A DNA stretch of 24,000 nucleotides from an uncultured Actinomycetota bacterium (GTDB lineage Bacteria > Actinomycetota > Actinomycetes > Actinomycetales > Dermatophilaceae): NCBI GenBank assembly GCA_963834225.1, contig CAWIAT010000009.1, positions 450,992 through 474,991 on the forward strand, given 5' to 3'. Of the stretch, positions 16,900 through 24,000 are shown piece after piece. A program made the position numbers and the translations under genes. Within the stretch, counting starts at the first letter, position 1, and each line of letters starts with the position of its first letter. A model generated the notes under the pieces. The model had not been told where the DNA came from. It saw only the letters and a program-made list of their open reading frames with translations, and made no database searches.

Positions 16900-17729
16900 G
16901 AGGCACCCCCGGGGACACGGGAGCGGTTGAACGCGTGGGTCCAGCGCGCGACGGCCCGCGTGAACTCCGCGGGGTGCTCGTCCGGGGAGAAGTCCGTGCC
17001 CGGGACGACGTCGAGCTCGGCCCAGGGCAGTGCTGCGGTGACGACGTCCGTGAAGCGGTCCACGAGGTCACGGTCGCCGTGCACGAGGGCGATCGGCACC
17101 GCGCGTAGGGCCTCGGCGTCCACCTCGTACTCGAAGACGGCGCGGTAGGCCGTGGCGTAGTCGGGTCCGGTGGCCAGGTACTCGAGCACCTGGCGGTTGC
17201 ACTCGTCGAGGGCCAGCTCGGGGTAGAGGCCCTGGACCCGATCCCAGATCACCCGCAGGTGGGACCCGTCCAGCGACGGCTCGTACCCCGGCGCGTAGGT
17301 CCGCTTCTTCTCCTCACGCTCGGCCCTCGAGTACAGCGGCAGGCCCTGGAGGACCAGGCCGTGCACGCGGTCGGGCTGCTGCACGGCGGCCTCGCAGGCC
17401 ACGACGGCGCCGGTGTGCTGCCCGAGGATGGTGAGGTCGCCGAGCCCGAGGGCGTCGGCCACCTGCCAGGTCGCCTCGGCGTACTGCTCGATCGACCACG
17501 GCTCTGGGGTCGGGTCGGACATGCCGAAGCCCGGAGTGTCGATGGCGACCGCGTGGATCCCCTGGTCGGACAGGGGCTGAAGCACGACCTCGAAGGTGGC
17601 CGACGACAGCGGCGACTGGTGGAGCAGGAGGAGGGTCGCGCCATCAGCGTCACCGGCCCGGCGGACGTGCACCTGTCCCCACGGCATCCGGACGTAGGAA
17701 CGCTCGGAGCTCCCTCGGAGGTTCCTCAT
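16896..17729 (-). CDS. Alpha/beta-hydrolase-fold protein with non-canonical nucleophile and oxyanion motifs
   Basis: The 277 aa have an alpha/beta-fold layout (LLLLHQSP..., DTPGFGMSD, ...LTILGQHTGAVVA, ...HGDRD). The GxSxG elbow reads G-Q-H-T-G (17409-17423) and the HG motif reads HQ. The ATG overlaps the M20 stop (ATGA). Confidence 0.8.
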   Translation of the reverse strand: MRNLRGSSERSYVRMPWGQVHVRRAGDADGATLLLLHQSPLSSATFEVVLQPLSDQGIHAVAIDTPGFGMSDPTPEPWSIEQYAEATWQVADALGLGDLTILGQHTGAVVACEAAVQQPDRVHGLVLQGLPLYSRAEREEKKRTYAPGYEPSLDGSHLRVIWDRVQGLYPELALDECNRQVLEYLATGPDYATAYRAVFEYEVDAEALRAVPIALVHGDRDLVDRFTDVVTAALPWAELDVVPGTDFSPDEHPAEFTRAVARWTHAFNRSRVPGGAS

Positions 17730-19090
17730 CGGTCCTGCTCCACTGCCATCGCAGCCATGACGGCGATGACGTGGCGGATCCCGTCGCGGTAGTCGTCGAG
17801 GCGGATGTTCTCATTGGGTCCGTCGATGCCGGCGTCGGCGCGCGAGACGCCCACCCCGACGATGGGCAGCCCGGCGAGGACTCCCTGGTTGCCGATCCAC
17901 TGGGTCCACGGCTCGATCACCGGCTCGGTGCCGTAGATCTCCCGTGCCGTGTCGGCGACGAGACCGACGAACGGGTGGTCGTGGGCCGTGCGGTTCGGCC
18001 GGCTCATCGCCATGACGTCGACGGCGACGTCGTCGTACCTCTCCTCGACCAGGTGCTTCTGCACCGATGCCAGGACGGTCTCCGGGTCCTGACCAGGGAC
18101 GAGGCGGATCTCGACCTTCGCCCAAGCGGTGGCGGGGATCCCGAGGGTCACGTCGTCCCGGCGGTCTCCACCCTCGATACCGGCGATGGTGAGGGTCGGC
18201 TTCGTGCGGATGGCGGCTGCAGCGGCCGGGCCGTCCTCACCATGGCGGAAGGTGTCGACACCGGCGCGGCCCTTGAGGAAGTCGACGTCGAACGGAAGCG
18301 CCGCGAGGAGGGCGGCCTCCTCGGGAGTCGGCTCCTCGACCCCGTCGGCGAAGCCGTGCACGGCGCAGTCGCCGTGCTCGTCTACGAGGGTGCCGAGCGC
18401 GCCGACGAGGCGGGTCGTCGCCGAGGGCAGCAGGGCCGTGTTCTGGCTCGTTAGCTCGCGGGCGATGGTCTGCACCGAGAGGCGCAGGTAGAGGACACCC
18501 TTCTCGGACAACTTGAGCAGGAGCCGGTCCTCGTTGTCGACCCACGAGTTCTCCCAGAGGGCGGCATCGCTCTCGAGCTGCTCGTGGTGCGCCTCGACGA
18601 AGCTCCCAAGGCCGGGGCTGTGCAGCCACTGCTTGCCCTCGATGATGAAGCGCGAGGTGACGGGCGCCTCCTGCCCCGACAGGCGCCACGCCGCGGCGGC
18701 GTGGATGCGCGACATGATCGCTCCTTTGTCGTCGGCGACACCTCGGGCGTAGAGCCGGCCGTCCACGACCTCGCCGGCGTACGGCGGCACGATCCACGCG
18801 TCGTCGTCACCGGTCGGCTCGACCTCGACGTCGTAGTGGGTGAAGTGCAGCAGGCGCACGGGGCCTCCGGCCACCTCGCCGATGACGTAGGGGTGGGAGT
18901 CGTCCCAAGGCACGACCGACGACGTCCCGCCCCAGCGGCGCAGTGACGCGGCGAGGAAGTCGGCGGTCAGCGCCATCTGCTCCGGCTCGTGCCGACGACT
19001 ACGGAACCGGCACAGCTCCTGGAGCTCGGCGACGAACTCGTCGAGGTGCTCGTCGACCGCGGCGAGGGCGGCGGCCTTGTCGAAGGACAT
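17726..19090 (-). CDS. M20-family metallopeptidase/amidohydrolase (ArgE/DapE/ACY1/CPG2 type)
   Basis: The 454 aa include LLHFTHYDV (metal-binding His), RLYARGVADDKGAI (Asp bridging ligand/DDKG) and a dimerisation-domain-sized insert. Confidence 0.9.
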   Translation of the reverse strand: MSFDKAAALAAVDEHLDEFVAELQELCRFRSRRHEPEQMALTADFLAASLRRWGGTSSVVPWDDSHPYVIGEVAGGPVRLLHFTHYDVEVEPTGDDDAWIVPPYAGEVVDGRLYARGVADDKGAIMSRIHAAAAWRLSGQEAPVTSRFIIEGKQWLHSPGLGSFVEAHHEQLESDAALWENSWVDNEDRLLLKLSEKGVLYLRLSVQTIARELTSQNTALLPSATTRLVGALGTLVDEHGDCAVHGFADGVEEPTPEEAALLAALPFDVDFLKGRAGVDTFRHGEDGPAAAAAIRTKPTLTIAGIEGGDRRDDVTLGIPATAWAKVEIRLVPGQDPETVLASVQKHLVEERYDDVAVDVMAMSRPNRTAHDHPFVGLVADTAREIYGTEPVIEPWTQWIGNQGVLAGLPIVGVGVSRADAGIDGPNENIRLDDYRDGIRHVIAVMAAMAVEQDR

Positions 19091-19101
19091 GGGGACTCCT
19101 G

Positions 19102-19875
19102 TCAGTGAATGGTGGCGCCGCCGTCGACAAAGACGGTCTGTCCGGTGACCATCGACGCGGCGGGGCTCAGCAGGTAGGTGATGGTGTCGGCGACGTCCTG
19201 TGCCTCGGCCATCCGGCCGAGGGGGATCGAGCCGAGCTTGTCGTCCATATACGCGCCGTCACCGCGCACGTCCGAGGTCATGTCGGTGGGGACGATGGTG
19301 GGGCCGACGGCGTTGACGCGGATGCCGTCGGGCGCCCACTCCAGGGCGAGGACACGTGCCATGTGCATGACGGCCGCCTTGCTCACGCAGTACCCGAGGG
19401 TGTTGGTGACCGCGATGTAGCCGTTGGTGGAGCCGAGGTTCACCACGGTCCCGTGGGCCTTACGCAGCGCGTGGTAGGCGGCGGTGGTGACCCGGAACGT
19501 GCCCACCACGTTGACGTCGAGGACGGTGGAGACGTCCTCGTCCGACATCTGTGTGGCGAGGCCGCGGCGAACGATCCCGGCGTTGTTAACGAGGTGGTCC
19601 AGCCGGCCGTGGGTCGCGACGACCTCGGCGACGAGGGCCCGGCACGACGCGGCGTCACGGACGTCGACCGCATGGCGGCTGTGTCCGTCCTCCTCCGCGC
19701 CCAGGCCGTGCTCCCACGCGTTGGTGGGGAGCAGGTCGGCCATGGCGACCGTCGCACCACGACCCGCGAGGGTCGCCGCCACGACGGCTCCGATGCCACG
19801 TGCGGCCCCCGTCACGAGCGCCACGCGGCCCGTGAAGTCGTATGGGTCGGGCCGACCGCTCTCGATCGTGCTCAC
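19102..19875 (-). CDS. SDR-family oxidoreductase
   Basis: From the GTG at 19875 the sequence reads VSTIESGRPDPYDFTGRVALVTGAARGIG (TGxxxGIG), NNAG and YCVSKAAV (YxxxK). The start overlaps the permease stop (GTGA). The product is 257 aa. Confidence 0.9.
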   Translation of the reverse strand: MSTIESGRPDPYDFTGRVALVTGAARGIGAVVAATLAGRGATVAMADLLPTNAWEHGLGAEEDGHSRHAVDVRDAASCRALVAEVVATHGRLDHLVNNAGIVRRGLATQMSDEDVSTVLDVNVVGTFRVTTAAYHALRKAHGTVVNLGSTNGYIAVTNTLGYCVSKAAVMHMARVLALEWAPDGIRVNAVGPTIVPTDMTSDVRGDGAYMDDKLGSIPLGRMAEAQDVADTITYLLSPAASMVTGQTVFVDGGATIH

Positions 19876-20756
19876 GCCGCGATCACCCGGCTCTCCTCCG
19901 CCCAGAAGGCCACCTTGCGCTGGATGAAGCGGATGAGCGTGTGGGCGATAAGTCCCATGAGGGACAGGACGACCAGCACCGCAAACATGCCCGCGATGTC
20001 GAAGTTGTAGTTGGTCTGGAGCAACAGGTAGCCCAGGCCCTCCTGCGCGCCGATGAACTCGCCGACTACCGCGCCGAGGATGGCGAAGACGATGCCGATG
20101 TCCAGGCCCGCGAAGATGAACGGCATCGCGCTGGGCAGCCGCACCATCCGGAAGATCTGGGTCCGGCTGGCCCCGAACACCGTGAGCATCTGGACCCGGT
20201 CCGCCTCGGCCGAGCGCAGGCCCTCGATGACGTTGATGAGCATCGGGAAGAAGGAGATGACCGCCGCCATGACGACCTTGCTCGTCAGGCCGAAGCCGAA
20301 CCACACGACGAAGAGCGGGGCGAGGGCGACCTTGGGCACCGTCTGGAACATGACGACGTAGGGCATCAGGGTCTTCTCGAGGAGGCTGACCTGCGAGATG
20401 GCGGTGCCGAGGATCAGGGCCGTCGCGACGCCGATGGCAAAACCGAGCAGCGCCTCCTGGCTCGTCACGAGCAGGTGCCGCCAGAAAAGAGCGCTCTCCA
20501 GCTGCATGAGCAAGCTCTCGAAGACCTGGCTCGGGGGCGGCAGGACGAAGTCCTCGACGCCGAGGAGGTCGACGCCGAACTCCCACACCGCAATGACGAG
20601 GACGAACAGGCCGGGGATGAGCCAGACCTCGGGCCGCTCTCGCGGGTCGAGGCGGCTCCAGCGGCTCGGGGTCGCGGCGGTAGGGGCGTCGGCCGCAGCG
20701 CTGTCGGTGATGTCGCCGGTGTCGGCGGGCTCTTGGTTCGTCACGTTGGTGTCCAT
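19872..20756 (-). CDS. ABC transporter permease (NitT/TauT - nitrate/sulfonate/taurine-type family)
   Basis: The 294 aa are multi-TM and SsuC/TauC-like, with an EAA-loop region (GLRSAEADRVQMLTVFGASRTQIFRMVRLPSAMPFIFAGL). Confidence 0.9.
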   Translation of the reverse strand: MDTNVTNQEPADTGDITDSAAADAPTAATPSRWSRLDPRERPEVWLIPGLFVLVIAVWEFGVDLLGVEDFVLPPPSQVFESLLMQLESALFWRHLLVTSQEALLGFAIGVATALILGTAISQVSLLEKTLMPYVVMFQTVPKVALAPLFVVWFGFGLTSKVVMAAVISFFPMLINVIEGLRSAEADRVQMLTVFGASRTQIFRMVRLPSAMPFIFAGLDIGIVFAILGAVVGEFIGAQEGLGYLLLQTNYNFDIAGMFAVLVVLSLMGLIAHTLIRFIQRKVAFWAEESRVIAA

Positions 20757-20764
20757 GGCCGTCC

Positions 20765-21595
20765 TCAGTCGATGACGCTCTGCGCGTTGAAGTACTTGCG
20801 GATGCGGTCCACATAGACCCCCGCCTGGTCGCTCGACATGACGCCGAGCGACCGGGGGCGGGGGATGTCGATCTCCATGACCTCGGCGATCCGACCGGGC
20901 CGAGGGCTCATGACAACGACCCGGTCGGAGAGGAAGACCGCCTCGGGGATGGAGTGGGTGACGAGGACGATGGTCGCCTCACTCTCCTTCCAGATCCGGA
21001 GCAGCTCGACGTTCATGTACTCGCGGGTCATGGCGTCGAGGGCGCCGAACGGCTCGTCCATGAGGAGGACGGCGGGGTCGTGCACCAGCGCCCGGCAGAT
21101 CCCGGCTCGCTGTTGCATCCCCCCGCTCAGCTCGAACGGGTACTTGTCCTCGAAGCCGGTGAGCCCCACGAGGTCGAGGAGCTCCTGAGCCCGCTGCCGG
21201 TGCTTGGTGCGGTCCAGCTTCTGGATCTCGGCCGGCACCATGACGTTGTCGATGATGGAGCGCCAGGGCAGCAGGGTCGCTGCCTGGAACACCATCCCGA
21301 CCTCGCGCAGGGGCCTGGTTACGTCGGTACCCGCGATAGACACCTTCCCCTCCGTCCGGGGGCTGAGCCCCGCGAGGATCTTCAGCAGGGTCGTCTTGCC
21401 GCAGCCCGAGGGACCGACGATCGAGACGAACTCCCCACGGCGGACGCTGAAGTTGATGTCCGACAGCGCGTGGGTGGGTTCCGACCGCTTGGGCCGGTAG
21501 ACCTTGTGGAGTCCGGACACCTCGATCCACGAGGCGTCGCCGGTGGCGTCTGCGGCGGCACCGGAGGTGCTGCTCGAGAGAACGACCTGGCTCAT
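20765..21595 (-). CDS. ABC transporter ATP-binding protein (NitT/TauT family)
   Basis: Walker A is GPSGCGKTT, the signature is LSGGMQQR and Walker B is LLMDEPFGALD. The product is 276 aa. Confidence 0.95.
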   Translation of the reverse strand: MSQVVLSSSTSGAAADATGDASWIEVSGLHKVYRPKRSEPTHALSDINFSVRRGEFVSIVGPSGCGKTTLLKILAGLSPRTEGKVSIAGTDVTRPLREVGMVFQAATLLPWRSIIDNVMVPAEIQKLDRTKHRQRAQELLDLVGLTGFEDKYPFELSGGMQQRAGICRALVHDPAVLLMDEPFGALDAMTREYMNVELLRIWKESEATIVLVTHSIPEAVFLSDRVVVMSPRPGRIAEVMEIDIPRPRSLGVMSSDQAGVYVDRIRKYFNAQSVID

Positions 21596-21644
21596 CGGGT
21601 CACTTCCTTCGGGGGTGGGGTCATGACGGGGTGTGACGCTCAGG

Positions 21645-22769
21645 TCACGGGGTCCACTCGTCGGCCTGCTTGAGCACGGCAGCGGAGTCGAAGTCGTTGA
21701 CCGCGGCGAGCAGGCTGGGGTCCCAGACCTTGCTGACGTCGACGGGAGCGGGGATCTGCCCCGCCGACTGGGTGTAGGCCTGCGTCGCGGTCCAGTCGGA
21801 GTCCGGGATGGCGCCCCAGTCCTTGAAGGACGACGGGTCGCCGGTCTTCGGCGTCGCGGTCTTCAGCCAGGTGGTGAGGCTCTTGACGTCGTTGGTGAGG
21901 CGGGCGTCGGCGCTGTCGCCGCCGAGGATCTGCGGGTAGACCTTGTAGCCGATCTTCATCGCGGCCTCGGGGTTCTTCGCGGAGAAGAGCATCGCCTTGT
22001 AGCCGGCGCGCAGGAAGCGCTCATAGACGCCCTTGTTCTCCTTGAGGGTCTTGCTGGTCACAGCGAAGCTCAGCGATCGGATGCCCGTGAAGACGTCCGG
22101 GTTATCGAGGTAGGCGAGCTGGGTGCCGCTGTTCTCGATGACGGTGTAGGCCTGCGAGTACAGCGCGAGCGCGTCGACGTCGCCGCCGGTTAGGGCCGCC
22201 GCAGCCTGCGCGCCGACACCCACCGGGAGGAGCTGGACGTCCTTCTCGGGGTTCAGGCCGCCGGCCTTGACGAACGCCCGGGCGAACGGGGCGCTGCCCG
22301 ACGCGAGCGAGATGACACCGATCTTCTTGCCCTTGAAGGACTCGGGTGTGGTGAGCGCGCTGCCGGGCAGCGTCGCGATCTGCCACGGCCAGTTCTGGAC
22401 CAGCCCGCCGACGGCCGTCACGGGCACGTTCTTCTGGACGGCCGCGAGGATGGAGCCGGTGTCGGCCGCGGTGACGTCGGCCTGCCCGTTGCCGACGGCC
22501 TGGACGGCCGCAATGGAGCCGTCGGTGTTGATCGTCTTGACGGTCAACTGCTCCTCCTTGTAGTAGCCGAGCTCCTGGGCCACGGCGTACATCGCGACCT
22601 CCTCCTTAGGGCCGATGACGGCGGAGGCGATGGCGAACGTCAGGTCGGCGGGCTGGACGCCACCGGCGGAGCCGGAGGCTGCGGGCTCCTCGGAGCCGCT
22701 GCCGCAGGCCGAGAGGGCGGAGACCGCCAGCGCCGTGAGGACGGCGGTGGTGCGCATGCGAATGGACAT
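21645..22769 (-). CDS. ABC transporter substrate-binding lipoprotein (NMT1/THI5-like, TauA/SsuA-type)
   Basis: The signal peptide and lipobox are MSIRMRTTAVLTALAVSALSAC-GSGS. The body is a periplasmic-binding fold of the type that partners NitT/TauT permeases. The product is 374 aa. Confidence 0.85.
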   Translation of the reverse strand: MSIRMRTTAVLTALAVSALSACGSGSEEPAASGSAGGVQPADLTFAIASAVIGPKEEVAMYAVAQELGYYKEEQLTVKTINTDGSIAAVQAVGNGQADVTAADTGSILAAVQKNVPVTAVGGLVQNWPWQIATLPGSALTTPESFKGKKIGVISLASGSAPFARAFVKAGGLNPEKDVQLLPVGVGAQAAAALTGGDVDALALYSQAYTVIENSGTQLAYLDNPDVFTGIRSLSFAVTSKTLKENKGVYERFLRAGYKAMLFSAKNPEAAMKIGYKVYPQILGGDSADARLTNDVKSLTTWLKTATPKTGDPSSFKDWGAIPDSDWTATQAYTQSAGQIPAPVDVSKVWDPSLLAAVNDFDSAAVLKQADEWTP

Positions 22770-22787
22770 AGTGGAGATTCCTTCGGG

Positions 22788-23261
22788 TCAGGAAACGGGT
22801 GTGGTGTGGGCCGGGGTCTGGGGCGTGGTGCTGTCGTTTGTGGTGCCGTCCGTGGCGGGTGGTGCGGTGGGTGGCGGTGCTGCGAGGACGGGGACACGGA
22901 ACCCGTACTCACTAAGGTCGTTCCAGACGAGCTGCTCGACGATGAGGCCGTTCCGGACGACGAAGACATCGACGTACCGGATGTCCTCGAAGGTGGTGCC
23001 GTCGAGCCGTTCGCCGTACAGGCGGCCGATCGACGTGACGACAGTCGAGTCGCCCTCGGTGCCGACGGCGAACCGGTCGCGGTTCTTCCGCACCCACGTG
23101 TACGACTTCGGCGCGGCAACCAGCTCGGCCAAGGACCCGTACACCTCCCCGGCGGGGAACTGGATGCGGACCGAGGGGGCAAGGTGCGCTACCGCGGCCT
23201 CGACCTCGCGGTCCTCGCAGAGCTGGAGGTACCGGTCGACGAGGGCGGCGGCGTCGTTCAC
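22788..23261 (-). CDS. NTF2/SnoaL-like small protein with Pro/Thr-rich C-terminal tail
   Basis: The preferred GTG start at 23261 overlaps the upstream stop (GTGA), giving (M)NDAAALVDRYLQLCEDREVEAAVAHLAPSV...VDVFVVRNGLIVEQLVWNDL, an NTF2-like alpha+beta cone pattern. The tail is AAPPPTAPPATDGTTNDSTTPQTPAHTTPVS. An alternative ATG is at 23294. Confidence 0.55.
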   Translation of the reverse strand: MNDAAALVDRYLQLCEDREVEAAVAHLAPSVRIQFPAGEVYGSLAELVAAPKSYTWVRKNRDRFAVGTEGDSTVVTSIGRLYGERLDGTTFEDIRYVDVFVVRNGLIVEQLVWNDLSEYGFRVPVLAAPPPTAPPATDGTTNDSTTPQTPAHTTPVS

Positions 23262-23572
23262 GACTCCGACTTGGTGGCGAGGGCCGAATCCCACTGCTCG
23301 CGCAGCGGGTGCTCGGCGGGGCCGTTCTCGGTGATGATCCGCACCAGGCGGGCCATGTAGGCGGTACGGGTGTCGTCCAGGACGCGCGCCTCCTTCTCTT
23401 GGGGGGTGAAGGCGTCGAGCTCACCCTCGGAAAGGACGCCCTGACGGACCAGGAGCGCCTCAAGGGCCCGAACGCGGTGGGTCGCGACGTGGAGGTCGGT
23501 CGCGAGCTGAAGCACGAGGTCGAATAGCTTCGAGGTCTCGGGCGAGCTGAGGTAGCGGAACTCGTCGGCCAT
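23258..23572 (-). CDS. Hypothetical helical protein, 104 aa, no family recognised
   Basis: The sequence is MADEFRYLSSPETSKLFDLVLQLATDLHVATHRVRALEALLVRQGVLSEGELDAFTPQEKEARVLDD.... The ATG at 23572 overlaps the upstream methyltransferase stop (ATGA). Coding-like composition and translational coupling on both sides support it. The 150-aa ORF N-terminus is Arg-rich junk. Confidence 0.5.
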   Translation of the reverse strand: MADEFRYLSSPETSKLFDLVLQLATDLHVATHRVRALEALLVRQGVLSEGELDAFTPQEKEARVLDDTRTAYMARLVRIITENGPAEHPLREQWDSALATKSES

Positions 23573-24000
23573 CACGCCGCCTTCGTAGCCGACAGGACGG
23601 CCCAGGGGAAGTGCCACTCGGTGCGCTCGCCCCAGCCGTCGGGCTGGACGCCGAGGTTGCGCTCGTCGAACGGGCGCCACTTCACGTCGATGAGGCCCGC
23701 GTCCTTGCACGCCTGGATGGTGTCCGTGGCGAACAGGGCGCGGAAGAAGGGCTCGTTATTGCGCTCGGCGTGCTCGATGATCGTGGCGTCGCGCAGCGGG
23801 TCACCGGTCATCATGAACTCGAGGAAGTGCACCTCACCGCCGGGCTTGACCAGGCGCGCGGCCTCGGTGATCGTCTCGACGATCGCCTCAGGCGGCATCT
23901 CGTGCAGGACCATCGTGCCGGTGACGACGTCGCACGAGCCGTCCTCCAGCCCGGTCCGGCGGGCGTCGCCCTGAACGTAGCTAATGGCCAGGCCCTCATC
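23572..24000 (-). CDS. Class I SAM-dependent methyltransferase, C-terminal part (gene continues off the right edge)
   Basis: The frame is open to the window edge: DEGLAISYVQGDARRTGLEDGSCDVVTGTMVLHEMPPEAIVETITEAARLVKPGGEVHFLEF. These are motifs post-II/III of the methyltransferase fold. Confidence 0.75.
   Translation of the reverse strand, partial: DEGLAISYVQGDARRTGLEDGSCDVVTGTMVLHEMPPEAIVETITEAARLVKPGGEVHFLEFMMTGDPLRDATIIEHAERNNEPFFRALFATDTIQACKDAGLIDVKWRPFDERNLGVQPDGWGERTEWHFPWAVLSATKAA

Noticed and set aside
1-24000. CRISPR arrays, IS elements/transposases, integrases, rRNA or tRNA genes
   Set aside because: I found no regularly spaced direct repeats, no terminal inverted repeats bracketing a transposase-like ORF, and no recombinase-like translation in any frame. 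The only decay signatures are the EamA remnant and the adjacent degenerate stretch.

Overview
High-GC (about 70%+) actinobacterial chromosomal segment. The left half (1-13.3 kb) is mostly conserved housekeeping. It holds the 5' end of a class-Ia-like ribonucleotide reductase alpha subunit behind a clear cobalamin riboswitch and two candidate NrdR boxes. It also holds hisD, glnE, glnA2, an M6 (InhA-like) secreted metalloprotease with an apparent 1-nt frameshift, panB, a SAM methyltransferase, a small conserved protein, map (type Ic), ppgK and an MBL-fold hydrolase. The most interesting locus is 13.4-15.4 kb. It contains a heliorhodopsin gene with all retinal-pocket hallmark residues. This gene is divergently paired, across a 472-bp intergenic region, with a CarH/LitR-type AdoB12-binding light-sensor module that has no DNA-binding domain. 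I propose this pair as a two-chromophore (retinal plus cobalamin) light-sensing locus. Next to it lie about 660 bp of non-coding or degenerate DNA and a frameshifted, truncated EamA transporter remnant, which suggests a rearrangement junction. The right third (16.5-24 kb) is one tightly packed, translationally coupled minus-strand operon of at least 10 genes with unknown substrate: methyltransferase, unknown 104-aa protein, NTF2-like protein, NitT/TauT-type ABC importer, SDR, M20 peptidase, non-canonical alpha/beta-fold protein and Ohr. I saw no CRISPR arrays, rRNA/tRNA genes or intact mobile elements. All calls come from reading the translations and sequence by eye; no database searches were run.
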